From Candidatus Woesebacteria bacterium GW2011_GWF1_31_35 (GTDB taxonomy: Bacteria; Patescibacteriota; Microgenomatia; UBA8517): 64,000 nt of DNA. Below the pieces are notes generated by a model. It was not told the origin of the DNA. It ran no database searches and saw only the letters and a program-made list of their open reading frames with translations. Where the stretch lies: the NCBI GenBank assembly GCA_001029755.1, contig CP011214.1, positions 557,767 through 621,766 of the forward strand. The letters are read 5' to 3'. The position numbers were made by a program, and so were the translations under genes. This document shows positions 31,567-39,932 of the stretch, piece after piece. How positions within the stretch are numbered: position 1 is the stretch's first letter; each line of letters begins with the position of its first letter.

Positions 31567-32286
31567 ATGGATAAAATAAACCCAGAAATAAATAAGTTTG
31601 TTATAGGAGATACATCTAAATTTATTTCGCAAGAATCAAAATTTATGATTAAACCTTTGGCAATTTTTGTAATTGTAATAGCTTTACTTGTCGGCTCGGT
31701 GTATTTTGGATTCGGACAAATTAATTCTATCAAAACAAAATTAACTGAAAGCAAAAAAAATCAAAAATTGTTAGCTACAAAGGTAAGTATTTTGCAAAAT
31801 GTTACAAAAGTAATACCAATAGATCTTACATCTATTGATTTTGCACTTCCCGAAAAAGGAATTGCAATTTATGGGATGAGTCAAGTTAAATCTCAAGCAG
31901 GAGCATTGGGTTTAATTATTTCAAACTTAAGAACTGGAAGCGTAATTCAAGAAAAAGATGGAGTCTCAAAAGCCACAATCTCATTTGATGTAGAAGGAAA
32001 TGAACAAGCAATCTATGATTATTTAGGTTTATTTTCTAAATTATTACCTTTAATGAAGGTAGATAAGGTTAGCATTAGTAAGTTAGATGGTGTGGTAAAA
32101 GCATCTACTACAATTAGTGTTTTTTCAGGAGAACTTCCTAAAAGAATCCCATCTATAACATCTCCAGTTACTGATTTAACAAATGATGAATTATTAACCT
32201 TAAAAGAAATTTCTACGTTTTCACCTCCCCAATTTGTCATACCAGCTCCATTTAGTGATATCGCCAAAGAAGATCCTTTTAATTAA
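31567..32286 (+). CDS. pilO: PilO-like bitopic pilus assembly protein
   Basis: N-terminal TM (LAIFVIVIALLVGSVYFGF), coiled coil, C-terminal alpha/beta domain. Follows pilM-pilN. Confidence 0.45.
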   Translation: MDKINPEINKFVIGDTSKFISQESKFMIKPLAIFVIVIALLVGSVYFGFGQINSIKTKLTESKKNQKLLATKVSILQNVTKVIPIDLTSIDFALPEKGIAIYGMSQVKSQAGALGLIISNLRTGSVIQEKDGVSKATISFDVEGNEQAIYDYLGLFSKLLPLMKVDKVSISKLDGVVKASTTISVFSGELPKRIPSITSPVTDLTNDELLTLKEISTFSPPQFVIPAPFSDIAKEDPFN

Positions 32287-32305
32287 AATATATTTTTTTA
32301 AAAAA

Positions 32306-32551
32306 TTAAGATTGTTCAGCAACGGGGTTAACAAGAAGTATTATCTTTTTCTTTTCTAAAGTTGCCTTAATTCTTAAAATGTTTCTAATTGCTTTAATTA
32401 CTTTACCTTGTTTTCCAATAACCATTCCACCTTCATCTTCTGCTGTTTTAACAGTTAATTTAACAATTGAACCATCATCCTCTTCAGTAATTTCAAATTT
32501 AGAATCCTTACCTAAAATGTTTCTAATTATAAAATCTAATAATTCTTTCAT
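32306..32551 (-). CDS. KH-domain RNA-binding protein (YlqC/UPF0109-like)
   Basis: GMVIGKQGKVIKAIRNILRI contains the KH GxxG loop. Downstream of rpsP as in many bacteria. Confidence 0.7.
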   Translation of the reverse strand: MKELLDFIIRNILGKDSKFEITEEDDGSIVKLTVKTAEDEGGMVIGKQGKVIKAIRNILRIKATLEKKKIILLVNPVAEQS

Positions 32552-32586
32552 ATCTTTATTATTTATTAGTTTAATTCAATAAATAC

Positions 32587-32808
32587 TTACTTAAGTATTT
32601 TTTTAACTCCACCAGTAACAATTGCCCCATTTGCTACCCATTTATCAAATTTTTTCTTGTCAATCACAGTTTTTTTCTGATGAGGATCATATGAACCAAT
32701 TATTTCAAGAGATTTTCCGTCTCTTTTACTTCTAGTTGGAACTGCAACAATACGATAGAATGCATTGTTTTTTGCTCCAAATCTTGATAATTTTATTGAT
32801 ACTGACAT
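32587..32808 (-). CDS. rpsP: 30S ribosomal protein S16
   Basis: MSVSIKLSRFGAKNNAFYRIVAVPTRSKRDGKSLEIIGSYDP. Confidence 0.9.
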   Translation of the reverse strand: MSVSIKLSRFGAKNNAFYRIVAVPTRSKRDGKSLEIIGSYDPHQKKTVIDKKKFDKWVANGAIVTGGVKKILK

Positions 32809-32870
32809 ATTAAGAGTCTATTTTAACTTATTGAGATTGTTTTAACAATACGTAAGCTTTATTATTTACT

Positions 32871-33539
32871 TTACTTTATTTCAAGTAAAGCTTTTTCCGC
32901 GGCATTTTGTTCAGCTTCTGATTTATTTTTTCCAGTGCCTTTAGCAATTGGTTTTCCATTAATTATTACTTCAATAGTAAAGTTTTTATTATGATCTGGT
33001 CCTTCCTCAGTTATAACTTGATACTTTGGAGCTGGTAATTTATTTGATTGTACTTTTTCCTGCAACAAACTTTTTGGATCTTTAAGTGGAGAATTTATTT
33101 TCTTATTAACATCTATTAATATATTTTCCTTAATAAATTCTTCTGCCGTCGATATTCCTTGGTCCATAAACAAAGCTCCAATTATTGCTTCAACTGTGTC
33201 AGCTAAAAGTGATGAATTATTTCTTCCCCCACCTTCTTCCTCGCCCTTTGAAAGAAAGATTTCAGAACCTAATCCAATTTTTCCTGCAAGTTCTGAAAGA
33301 TTTTTAGTGTTTACTAAATTTGCACGAAGCGCAGTTAGGTATCCCTCTTCTTTTTCGGGGAATTTAATAAATAATTCTTTAGAAACAACAAATTCTAAAA
33401 TTGCGTCACCTAAAAACTCCAGTCTTTCATTGGTTCCTCTAACACCTATGTTTTCATTAACCCAGGATCTATGCGTTAACGCTTGAAGATAAAGATTTTC
33501 ATTTTTAAAAATAGTTTTTAATGTAATTGGATCTGTCAT
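32871..33539 (-). CDS. rnc: Ribonuclease III
   Basis: RNase III signature ERLEFLGDAILE; C-terminal dsRBD (...GKNKSEAEQNAAEKAL). Confidence 0.9.
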   Translation of the reverse strand: MTDPITLKTIFKNENLYLQALTHRSWVNENIGVRGTNERLEFLGDAILEFVVSKELFIKFPEKEEGYLTALRANLVNTKNLSELAGKIGLGSEIFLSKGEEEGGGRNNSSLLADTVEAIIGALFMDQGISTAEEFIKENILIDVNKKINSPLKDPKSLLQEKVQSNKLPAPKYQVITEEGPDHNKNFTIEVIINGKPIAKGTGKNKSEAEQNAAEKALLEIK

Positions 33540-33898
33540 TTCTTTTCAATAAATTTTGTGTATACAGTTCCTAATACTCCATTTACAAAAGGTCCAGTTG
33601 ACTCAGCACCATATTCTTTGGAAAGTTCAACAGCTTCATCAATAACAACTTTAGGTGGTGTATCTTCATTTAAAAGTTCATAAATAGCAAGGTGTAATAT
33701 AGCAAGGTCTATTTTATTAATTTTTTCAATTGGCCAGGTAGGAGCAGAATCAACAATTATTTTATTTATTTTTTTGGTTTGTTTTTTAATTTTTAAAACA
33801 ATCTCAGGAAGATTCTTTTGAGGAGTAAAACTTTCTGCAAAAAGAAATTTTACTGCAAGTCTTCTTTTTTGATGTCTTGGGTCAGTAGCTGTTTTCAT
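33536..33898 (-). CDS. nusB: Transcription antitermination factor NusB
   Basis: RHQKRRLAVKFLFAESF...IDLAILHLAIYELL, NusB fold motifs. Confidence 0.8.
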   Translation of the reverse strand: MKTATDPRHQKRRLAVKFLFAESFTPQKNLPEIVLKIKKQTKKINKIIVDSAPTWPIEKINKIDLAILHLAIYELLNEDTPPKVVIDEAVELSKEYGAESTGPFVNGVLGTVYTKFIEKK

Positions 33899-34050
33899 TT
33901 ATAGTGTCCACAATGAGGACAAGCTTTATGAGGTTCTCGAAGTTTTCCACAAGAAGGACATTTAGAAATTGCAGAGATAGAAGCTTTAAATGTGCTTCTT
34001 CTCATTGCAGTTCTACCATGACTATGTTTTTTCTTTGGAAGTGGTGCCAT
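33895..34050 (-). CDS. rpmF: 50S ribosomal protein L32
   Basis: MAPLPKKKHSHGRTAMRRSTFKA...CPSCGKLREPHKACPHCGHY (C4 zinc ribbon). Start taken at the internal Met of the tracker ORF. Confidence 0.85.
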   Translation of the reverse strand: MAPLPKKKHSHGRTAMRRSTFKASISAISKCPSCGKLREPHKACPHCGHYK

Positions 34051-34157
34051 ATAATTAATGATTTTAATACAAAAATTCAAAAATTAAAATAACCAATTTG
34101 AAAAGAAGATTGTCAATTATTAAGAATTCTTGACACTGGATATATAATGGTTGAAAG

Positions 34158-35549
34158 ATGTCTTCCGAATATGAACCAGAAATAAAAGAACTTCTTTTTT
34201 CTGATAAATACGTTTTAAAATCCGGAGTTTTATTGGTCGAAGGTTATAATAATTGTGCATTATATGATATAAATTCTGGGAATGTTTACTCGTTAAATAA
34301 TAGTGCTAGGAATATCTTAACTGGTAAAACAGACAATTCATTCTTTTGGGAAAAATTAAGAGATATGAATTTGTGTACAACCAATACTGACAAAGAAAAG
34401 TCCATGTTGAATGAGTTGACGTATGTACCAAGTTTGCAATTTGCGTGGTTTGAAATAGTATCAAAAGCTTGTAACGAGAATTGTCTTCATTGTTATGGAG
34501 ATTTTATGCCACCAACCTATAGAAAAGGATTGGATAAATTTCATTCTTTTGACAATTCAAATTTAAAAAAGGAGGAAAAATTAAGTTTTGTACAATGGAA
34601 AAGTCAAATAAAAAATGTTCACGATTTAGGTTGCGAAACTTGTCAATTTATAGGTGACGAGCCGTTCTTGTATAGAGGAGAAAAAGGAGAATCTGTTTTA
34701 GATCTTGCCGAATATGCAAAAGAAATAGGTTTTAAATTTATTGAAATATTTACAAACGGAACTTTACTTACTCGAGAAATGATTAATCGAATAAAAGACT
34801 TGGGAGTTAATATTGCAATTTCTCTTTATTCAATTGAACCTGAGATACACGATAGAATTACCAGAACAAGAGGAAGCCATAAAAAAACAATGGAAGCACT
34901 AGAAATGCTTAAGGAAGCAAGTATTCCAACAAGAGTTGAAACTGTTCTAATGAAACAAAATGAGACTAGTGCCGAAGAAACTCAAAGATTTATAGACAAA
35001 ATGGGATTTTCTCATAAACGACTTGATGTATTAAGGCAAAACGGTAGAGGGGATAATCTTAATCTACTGCCGAGTAACGATTCACTTTTAAAACATGGTG
35101 TCATGGCTTCTCCAAATTTTAGTATTAATAAAGATATGTTGGCTCGAAATTTATCAAACAATAGTTGTTTGTCTGGAAAGATTGCAATAACTGATAATGG
35201 AGATGTCTTACCCTGCGTATTCTCTAGAGATCAGATAGTTGGAAATGTTTTAGAAAAATCACTGGCTGAAATAGTTGATGGCAATAGACTAATAAAAGTT
35301 TGGCAAAATACAAAAGATTGTGTGCAAGTCTGTAAGGACTGTGAGTATCGATATTGCTGTACCGATTGTAGACCTTCTTCTCTTGGAACAAATCAAAATG
35401 TAGGAGAATATTTAACCGCTCCATATCCAAAATGTGCTTATAACCCATATGAAGGTAAATGGGGAAAAGGATACTGGAAATTAGATCTTGAACATAAACC
35501 AATTTATATTAATATATTGGAAGGGGGTGAAGAAATAAATGAAAGCTGA
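34158..35549 (+). CDS. Radical SAM peptide-modifying enzyme with an N-terminal PqqD-like RRE and a C-terminal SPASM domain (RiPP maturase-like)
   Basis: Residues ~15-75 (YVLKSGVLLVEGYNNCALYDINSGNVYSLNNSARNILTGKTD) match a PqqD/RRE fold. Cx3Cx2C radical SAM cluster is CNENCLHC. C-terminal Cys-rich SPASM (C..C...C, CKDCEYRYCCTDC). Confidence 0.85.
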   Translation: MSSEYEPEIKELLFSDKYVLKSGVLLVEGYNNCALYDINSGNVYSLNNSARNILTGKTDNSFFWEKLRDMNLCTTNTDKEKSMLNELTYVPSLQFAWFEIVSKACNENCLHCYGDFMPPTYRKGLDKFHSFDNSNLKKEEKLSFVQWKSQIKNVHDLGCETCQFIGDEPFLYRGEKGESVLDLAEYAKEIGFKFIEIFTNGTLLTREMINRIKDLGVNIAISLYSIEPEIHDRITRTRGSHKKTMEALEMLKEASIPTRVETVLMKQNETSAEETQRFIDKMGFSHKRLDVLRQNGRGDNLNLLPSNDSLLKHGVMASPNFSINKDMLARNLSNNSCLSGKIAITDNGDVLPCVFSRDQIVGNVLEKSLAEIVDGNRLIKVWQNTKDCVQVCKDCEYRYCCTDCRPSSLGTNQNVGEYLTAPYPKCAYNPYEGKWGKGYWKLDLEHKPIYINILEGGEEINES

Positions 35550-35778
35550 ACTTAACTTAGAACCAGAAATTGTTTTGGTTACACCGGCAAAAGTAGGTGG
35601 TTGTCCGCCAAATGATTGCCCGCCGAATGCGGCTTGCAGACCAAATACGGATTGTTATCCCAACAATTGTCGACCAGCATTGGGGCCATGTGGTCCGGAT
35701 ACACTGCCTTGCTATCCAAATGGTAAAGCACCGGAGCCACCAAGACCATTTCCAAGACCACCTTGTTATCCTGGTTAA
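35539..35778 (+). CDS. Cys/Pro-rich precursor-like peptide (79 aa) with eight Cys-X-Pro repeats; candidate RiPP substrate
   Basis: Leader-like MKAELNLEPEIVLVTPAKVGG, then CPPNDCPPNAACRPNTDCYPNNCRPALGPCGPDTLPCYPNG....PPCYPG. Start overlaps the rSAM stop by 11 nt. SD-like AAGGGGGTGA sits 8 nt upstream. Locally GC-rich with CCG Pro codons that are atypical for the rest of the window. Confidence 0.6.
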   Translation: MKAELNLEPEIVLVTPAKVGGCPPNDCPPNAACRPNTDCYPNNCRPALGPCGPDTLPCYPNGKAPEPPRPFPRPPCYPG

Positions 35779-36650
35779 GTGAGTCTTAGGGGTTTAATAA
35801 GAATACTCACCCAGTTTTTTAGAGATTGGGTAAGTAGTGTCTTTCCTGCAACTAGAGCATAATCATGTGGGTTTATATTGGCTTCAAGAGATGAATCTTG
35901 CACATTAAGATCTTTGATTTTTTCCTCTAAAATCATTTTTTCTATTCGAGGAATTGCAAACTTATCAAAGTATTTAATATGTTCTGGCCAAAAAATTTTA
36001 CTGGCTGAGTATTCTGTACAAAATGCAAATATTTCAGAGGCAAATCTTGGATTTGGGAAAATAATATTAGTTTTGGTTGATATATTATCTTTTATGTAAT
36101 AACTTTTCGCAGTTTTTAGAAAACTAAGATTTTCTTTTTTATCTGAAGGCCACCAAAGTTTATAACTATCCCAATAAACATGTCCAAACTCATGCAAAAT
36201 AGTTGCATAATAACTTTCTTTTGTAAAATATGGATCTTTGGTTATTTTATAATATTTTTTATGTATCTCTGTAAACGGAGTTAATAATCCCCCACATGGT
36301 CCATTGATTACTTTTTTTGTATTTTTCTTTAAAAGATTTTTTATATCTTTAATATAAATTCCTGAACGCCATCCTATTTGATCAAGATCTATTATTTTAT
36401 TAATATTATGTGGTAATTTATATAAATTATAACTGCGATTTTTTATCGAAATTTTTTCTAAGTTTAAATTTTTGTCAAAGGTCCAAAGGTAAACATATTT
36501 TGAGTCAAAACTAATTACTGGAATATTTTCTATTCTTTCTTTATATTTAAAAACATAATTTAGTTTTGGGTTCCAAAGAATATCTAGTGCCTTTTCAATT
36601 GCAAGCAAATCTTCTCTTCTAGCAATATAGTTTTCAAACATATAAGTCAA
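35775..36650 (-). CDS. HExxH-motif protein (putative zinc metallopeptidase)
   Basis: YATILHEFGHVYWD contains HEXXH, with a Glu ~45 aa downstream (gluzincin-like spacing). Convergent with the precursor peptide gene; stop codons overlap. Confidence 0.4.
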   Translation of the reverse strand: MTYMFENYIARREDLLAIEKALDILWNPKLNYVFKYKERIENIPVISFDSKYVYLWTFDKNLNLEKISIKNRSYNLYKLPHNINKIIDLDQIGWRSGIYIKDIKNLLKKNTKKVINGPCGGLLTPFTEIHKKYYKITKDPYFTKESYYATILHEFGHVYWDSYKLWWPSDKKENLSFLKTAKSYYIKDNISTKTNIIFPNPRFASEIFAFCTEYSASKIFWPEHIKYFDKFAIPRIEKMILEEKIKDLNVQDSSLEANINPHDYALVAGKTLLTQSLKNWVSILIKPLRLT

Positions 36651-38603
36651 TTATATCAATTTATTAGCAACTTCTGAAGAAATTCTAATAAGTTTTGTAT
36701 CAGACCAACTAGCAATTTTTAAGTTACCGAATCCATGTTGTTTAATTCCTAATACTTCTCCAGGACCTCTTAAAGATAAATCAAGTTCAGCAAGTTCAAA
36801 CCCTGATGATGTGGTTGTTAGAGCTGTTAATCTTTGACTTACCCTTTCTGATTCATTTTCTGTAAAGAGTAAACAATAAGACTGTTTATCTCCCCTACCC
36901 ACCCTTCCTCTTAGTTGATGAAGTTGGGCTAGACCAAATCTATCTGATGCTTCAATTAACATAATAGTTGCGTTAGGAACATCAATTCCAACTTCAACAA
37001 CTGGGGTTGTTACTAAAATGTTAAGTTTTTTCTTTTTAAAATCATCAAGTATTTTATTTTTCTCTGATTCTTTAAGTTTTCCATGAAGAAGTCCTAATTT
37101 AAATTTAGAAAATATGTGCTCCAGTTCTATAAAAGTAGATTTAACAGCTTTTACATCTTTCATTGTTTCTTTTTCAGAATCTTCAACCAAAGGACAGACC
37201 ACAAAAGCTTGGGACCCAAATTCTTTAATTTGTGAACCAATCCAATCATAGGCATTCTTTCTTTTTTCATTTGGAACTAGCCAAGTTTTAATTGGAATTC
37301 TACCAATTGGAATTTCGTTTAAAGTTGAAAGATCCATATCCGAAAGCATATTTAAAGCAATAGTTCTTGGAATTGGGGTTGCTGTCATAGTCAAAATATG
37401 TGGACTTTTATTTTTTGAAGATTTTGTTAAGATTTCTGTTTGTTTTACTCCAAATTTATGTTGTTCATCAATTACAATAAGCCCCAACTTTTCAAATAAT
37501 TTAGTTTTAGTAAGTAGCGCGTGAGTTCCAATAAAAATATCAACTCTTCCTATATCCTTTTTAATTTTGGTTCCAGTAATTAGTGCAATTCTTATTTTTA
37601 AATTATTAAATAAACTATTTATAGTTTCATAATGTTGGTTAGCTAAAATTTGAGTTGGTGCCATTAAAACTACTTGTAAGCCATTTAAAATAGTGACTAA
37701 AGCAGCAATTGCGGAAACAACTGTTTTACCACTACCAACATCTCCCTGTAAAAGCCTATTCATAGGAATATCATTTGTAAGATCAGTTAATATTTCATCT
37801 ACTACTTTTGTTTGTGAATTTGTTAATTTAAATGGTAAATTTTTGATAAAATCATCAACTTCTTTTTTATCAACAGTTAGTTTATTAGTTTTTTTCTTTT
37901 GTAAAATCTGTTTTCTTCTCTTTGCTTCAAGTTGTAAATTTAAAAGTTCATTAAAAGCAAGTCTTTCTTTAGCTTTAACATATGAATTAACTGTTTCAGG
38001 AAAATGAATGTCAAAAATTGCTTTTTTATAATCAACTAATAAGTATTTCTTAATAATTTCTTTTGGTAGAAATTCATCTAAATTATTTTCGATATTGTCT
38101 AGAGTATATTTGATTCTTGATTTTAACCATTTAGATGAAAGTCCTGCGGTTTCCGAATATATTCCTACAAGTCTTCCTGTGTGAAGGGTATCTTTGCCTT
38201 CTTCTATTTTCTCAAATTGTGGTGAAAAAAAAGCAGGTTTTCCTGCAAACCAAGAAGCTTCACCTGAAACTGCAATTTTTGTGCCAGCAGGAATTGTATA
38301 AATTAAAAATGGTTGGTTAAACCAAGCAATTGTAATTTTTCCAGTTGAATCTTCAACTTGGCCTATTTGCATTCTTTTACCAGATTTTGTTATTTGGTTT
38401 TTTAAAGAAGAAATGTTTCCCACAATTGTTATAATCTCCCCTATTTTCACATTAGAGATATCGGTGACTTTAGAAAAATCTAAATATCTATTTGGAATAT
38501 GAAGTAAAAGATCTTCAATTGTTAAAACATCAAGTCTAGCTAATTTTCCTTCATAATTTGGGCCTACAAAAGGTAGGATTGAAACTGAATCAGTTAGTTT
38601 CAT
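36651..38603 (-). CDS. recG: ATP-dependent DNA helicase RecG
   Basis: N-terminal wedge/OB domain. LTNSQTKVVDEI...LLQGDVGSGKT (motif I), DEQHKFG (motif II), QLRGRVGRG (motif VI). Confidence 0.9.
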   Translation of the reverse strand: MKLTDSVSILPFVGPNYEGKLARLDVLTIEDLLLHIPNRYLDFSKVTDISNVKIGEIITIVGNISSLKNQITKSGKRMQIGQVEDSTGKITIAWFNQPFLIYTIPAGTKIAVSGEASWFAGKPAFFSPQFEKIEEGKDTLHTGRLVGIYSETAGLSSKWLKSRIKYTLDNIENNLDEFLPKEIIKKYLLVDYKKAIFDIHFPETVNSYVKAKERLAFNELLNLQLEAKRRKQILQKKKTNKLTVDKKEVDDFIKNLPFKLTNSQTKVVDEILTDLTNDIPMNRLLQGDVGSGKTVVSAIAALVTILNGLQVVLMAPTQILANQHYETINSLFNNLKIRIALITGTKIKKDIGRVDIFIGTHALLTKTKLFEKLGLIVIDEQHKFGVKQTEILTKSSKNKSPHILTMTATPIPRTIALNMLSDMDLSTLNEIPIGRIPIKTWLVPNEKRKNAYDWIGSQIKEFGSQAFVVCPLVEDSEKETMKDVKAVKSTFIELEHIFSKFKLGLLHGKLKESEKNKILDDFKKKKLNILVTTPVVEVGIDVPNATIMLIEASDRFGLAQLHQLRGRVGRGDKQSYCLLFTENESERVSQRLTALTTTSSGFELAELDLSLRGPGEVLGIKQHGFGNLKIASWSDTKLIRISSEVANKLI

Positions 38604-38700
38604 CTAAGATATGCAATAAAAGGTAGTACAGAACCTGCTAGTAGTGCCAAACCTGCAATTATTGCTAAAACTGTAAATACTTTCTTTTGTTTTTTTGTAA

Positions 38701-39852
38701 TCATATTAATTTACCAAATGTCTTTTTGCCAATTTTAATATTATCACCTTTTTTGATTTTGTAATTTAAGTATGTTACAACTTTATCATTAATTGAAACT
38801 CCACCCTGTAGAATTAGTCTCTTGGCATCAGACGATGATTTAAGATTTGTAAACGGTGCGATAGTTTCAGCTAAGTTTTCTTTAATTTTAATTTCATTTA
38901 TAAATTCAGGGTCTTTTTTTTGAAAATTATTTTCAAAAGTTAAGGTTGAATCGGAAGCTTTCTTTTCACCCCACAAAAACTTTACAATTTCAAAAGCAAG
39001 TCTTTTTTTCTCTTCCATTGGATTATTTTTAATTTTTTCTTCAATACCATCAAGATTAGTTTCTGTTAGTAGTTCGAAACCTAAAAATATTACTTCATCT
39101 GGGAAGCTCATAATACCTGCATAAAAATCTTCTGGTTTAGAATCTAAAAATAAAGCGTTTCCTGTAGTTTTTCCTACTTTTTTACCTTTTTTGTCAACCA
39201 AAAGTTTGGTGGTTAAAACAAATTTTTCTTTACCTTTTATTGCTTTCATTAAAGTTCTTCCTATCATCATATTAAATAACTGATCATTCCCTCCAATTTC
39301 AAGATCAACATCCATTGCTACTGAATCATATCCTTGAAATATTGGATAAAGAAGTTCATGAAAATAAATTACTTCGCCTTTTTTAATTCTCTCTTGATAC
39401 ATATCTCTTTCGATCATTTGCTGATGTGTCAAATTTGAAGAAACTTCGATTAAATCTTTTGAACTAAGTTTGTCTAACCATTCTGAATTAAACATTATTT
39501 TAGCTGGATTTTCACCATCAAAATCTAATACTTTTGATGCTTGTTCCTTCCAAACCTTTGCATTTTCCAATACTTGTTCTCTTGTTAGTTTTTTACGTGC
39601 TGTAAGTTTATCAGTAGGATCCCCTATCATTCCAGTAAAGTCTCCAACTAAAAAAATAACTTCATGTCCTAATTTTTGAAATTGCCTAAGTTTCATTAAT
39701 CCAACAAAATTACCAAGGTGAAGTGATGGAGCCGATGGATCAAATCCTTGATAAAGCTTTATTTTTTCCTTTGCCATTAATAAAGTTAATTCTTTTTTAT
39801 CAGGCAGTACTTGTTGTACACCTCTTGTTAATACTTCTTCAATGTTATTCAT
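38701..39852 (-). CDS. tyrS: Tyrosyl-tRNA synthetase
   Basis: Class I HIGH-like PSAPSLHLGNFVG, KMSKS-like KKVGKT; C-terminal S4-like domain (LILQGGVSINDKVV). Confidence 0.9.
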   Translation of the reverse strand: MNNIEEVLTRGVQQVLPDKKELTLLMAKEKIKLYQGFDPSAPSLHLGNFVGLMKLRQFQKLGHEVIFLVGDFTGMIGDPTDKLTARKKLTREQVLENAKVWKEQASKVLDFDGENPAKIMFNSEWLDKLSSKDLIEVSSNLTHQQMIERDMYQERIKKGEVIYFHELLYPIFQGYDSVAMDVDLEIGGNDQLFNMMIGRTLMKAIKGKEKFVLTTKLLVDKKGKKVGKTTGNALFLDSKPEDFYAGIMSFPDEVIFLGFELLTETNLDGIEEKIKNNPMEEKKRLAFEIVKFLWGEKKASDSTLTFENNFQKKDPEFINEIKIKENLAETIAPFTNLKSSSDAKRLILQGGVSINDKVVTYLNYKIKKGDNIKIGKKTFGKLI

Positions 39853-39932
39853 ATATGTTAAGTATTATTATAATTTAATAATTAATATAAGCAAATATAG
39901 ATAAAAGTATCTCTCTTTGTTACAATGATCAT

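Noticed and set aside
35579-35782. ORFs 35579-35761 (-) and 35597-35782 (+) overlapping the Cys/Pro-rich peptide
   Set aside because: They are alternative-frame or antisense translations of a GC-rich stretch. The frame starting at 35539 has an SD-like sequence, is coupled to the rSAM gene, and yields the repeat-structured peptide.
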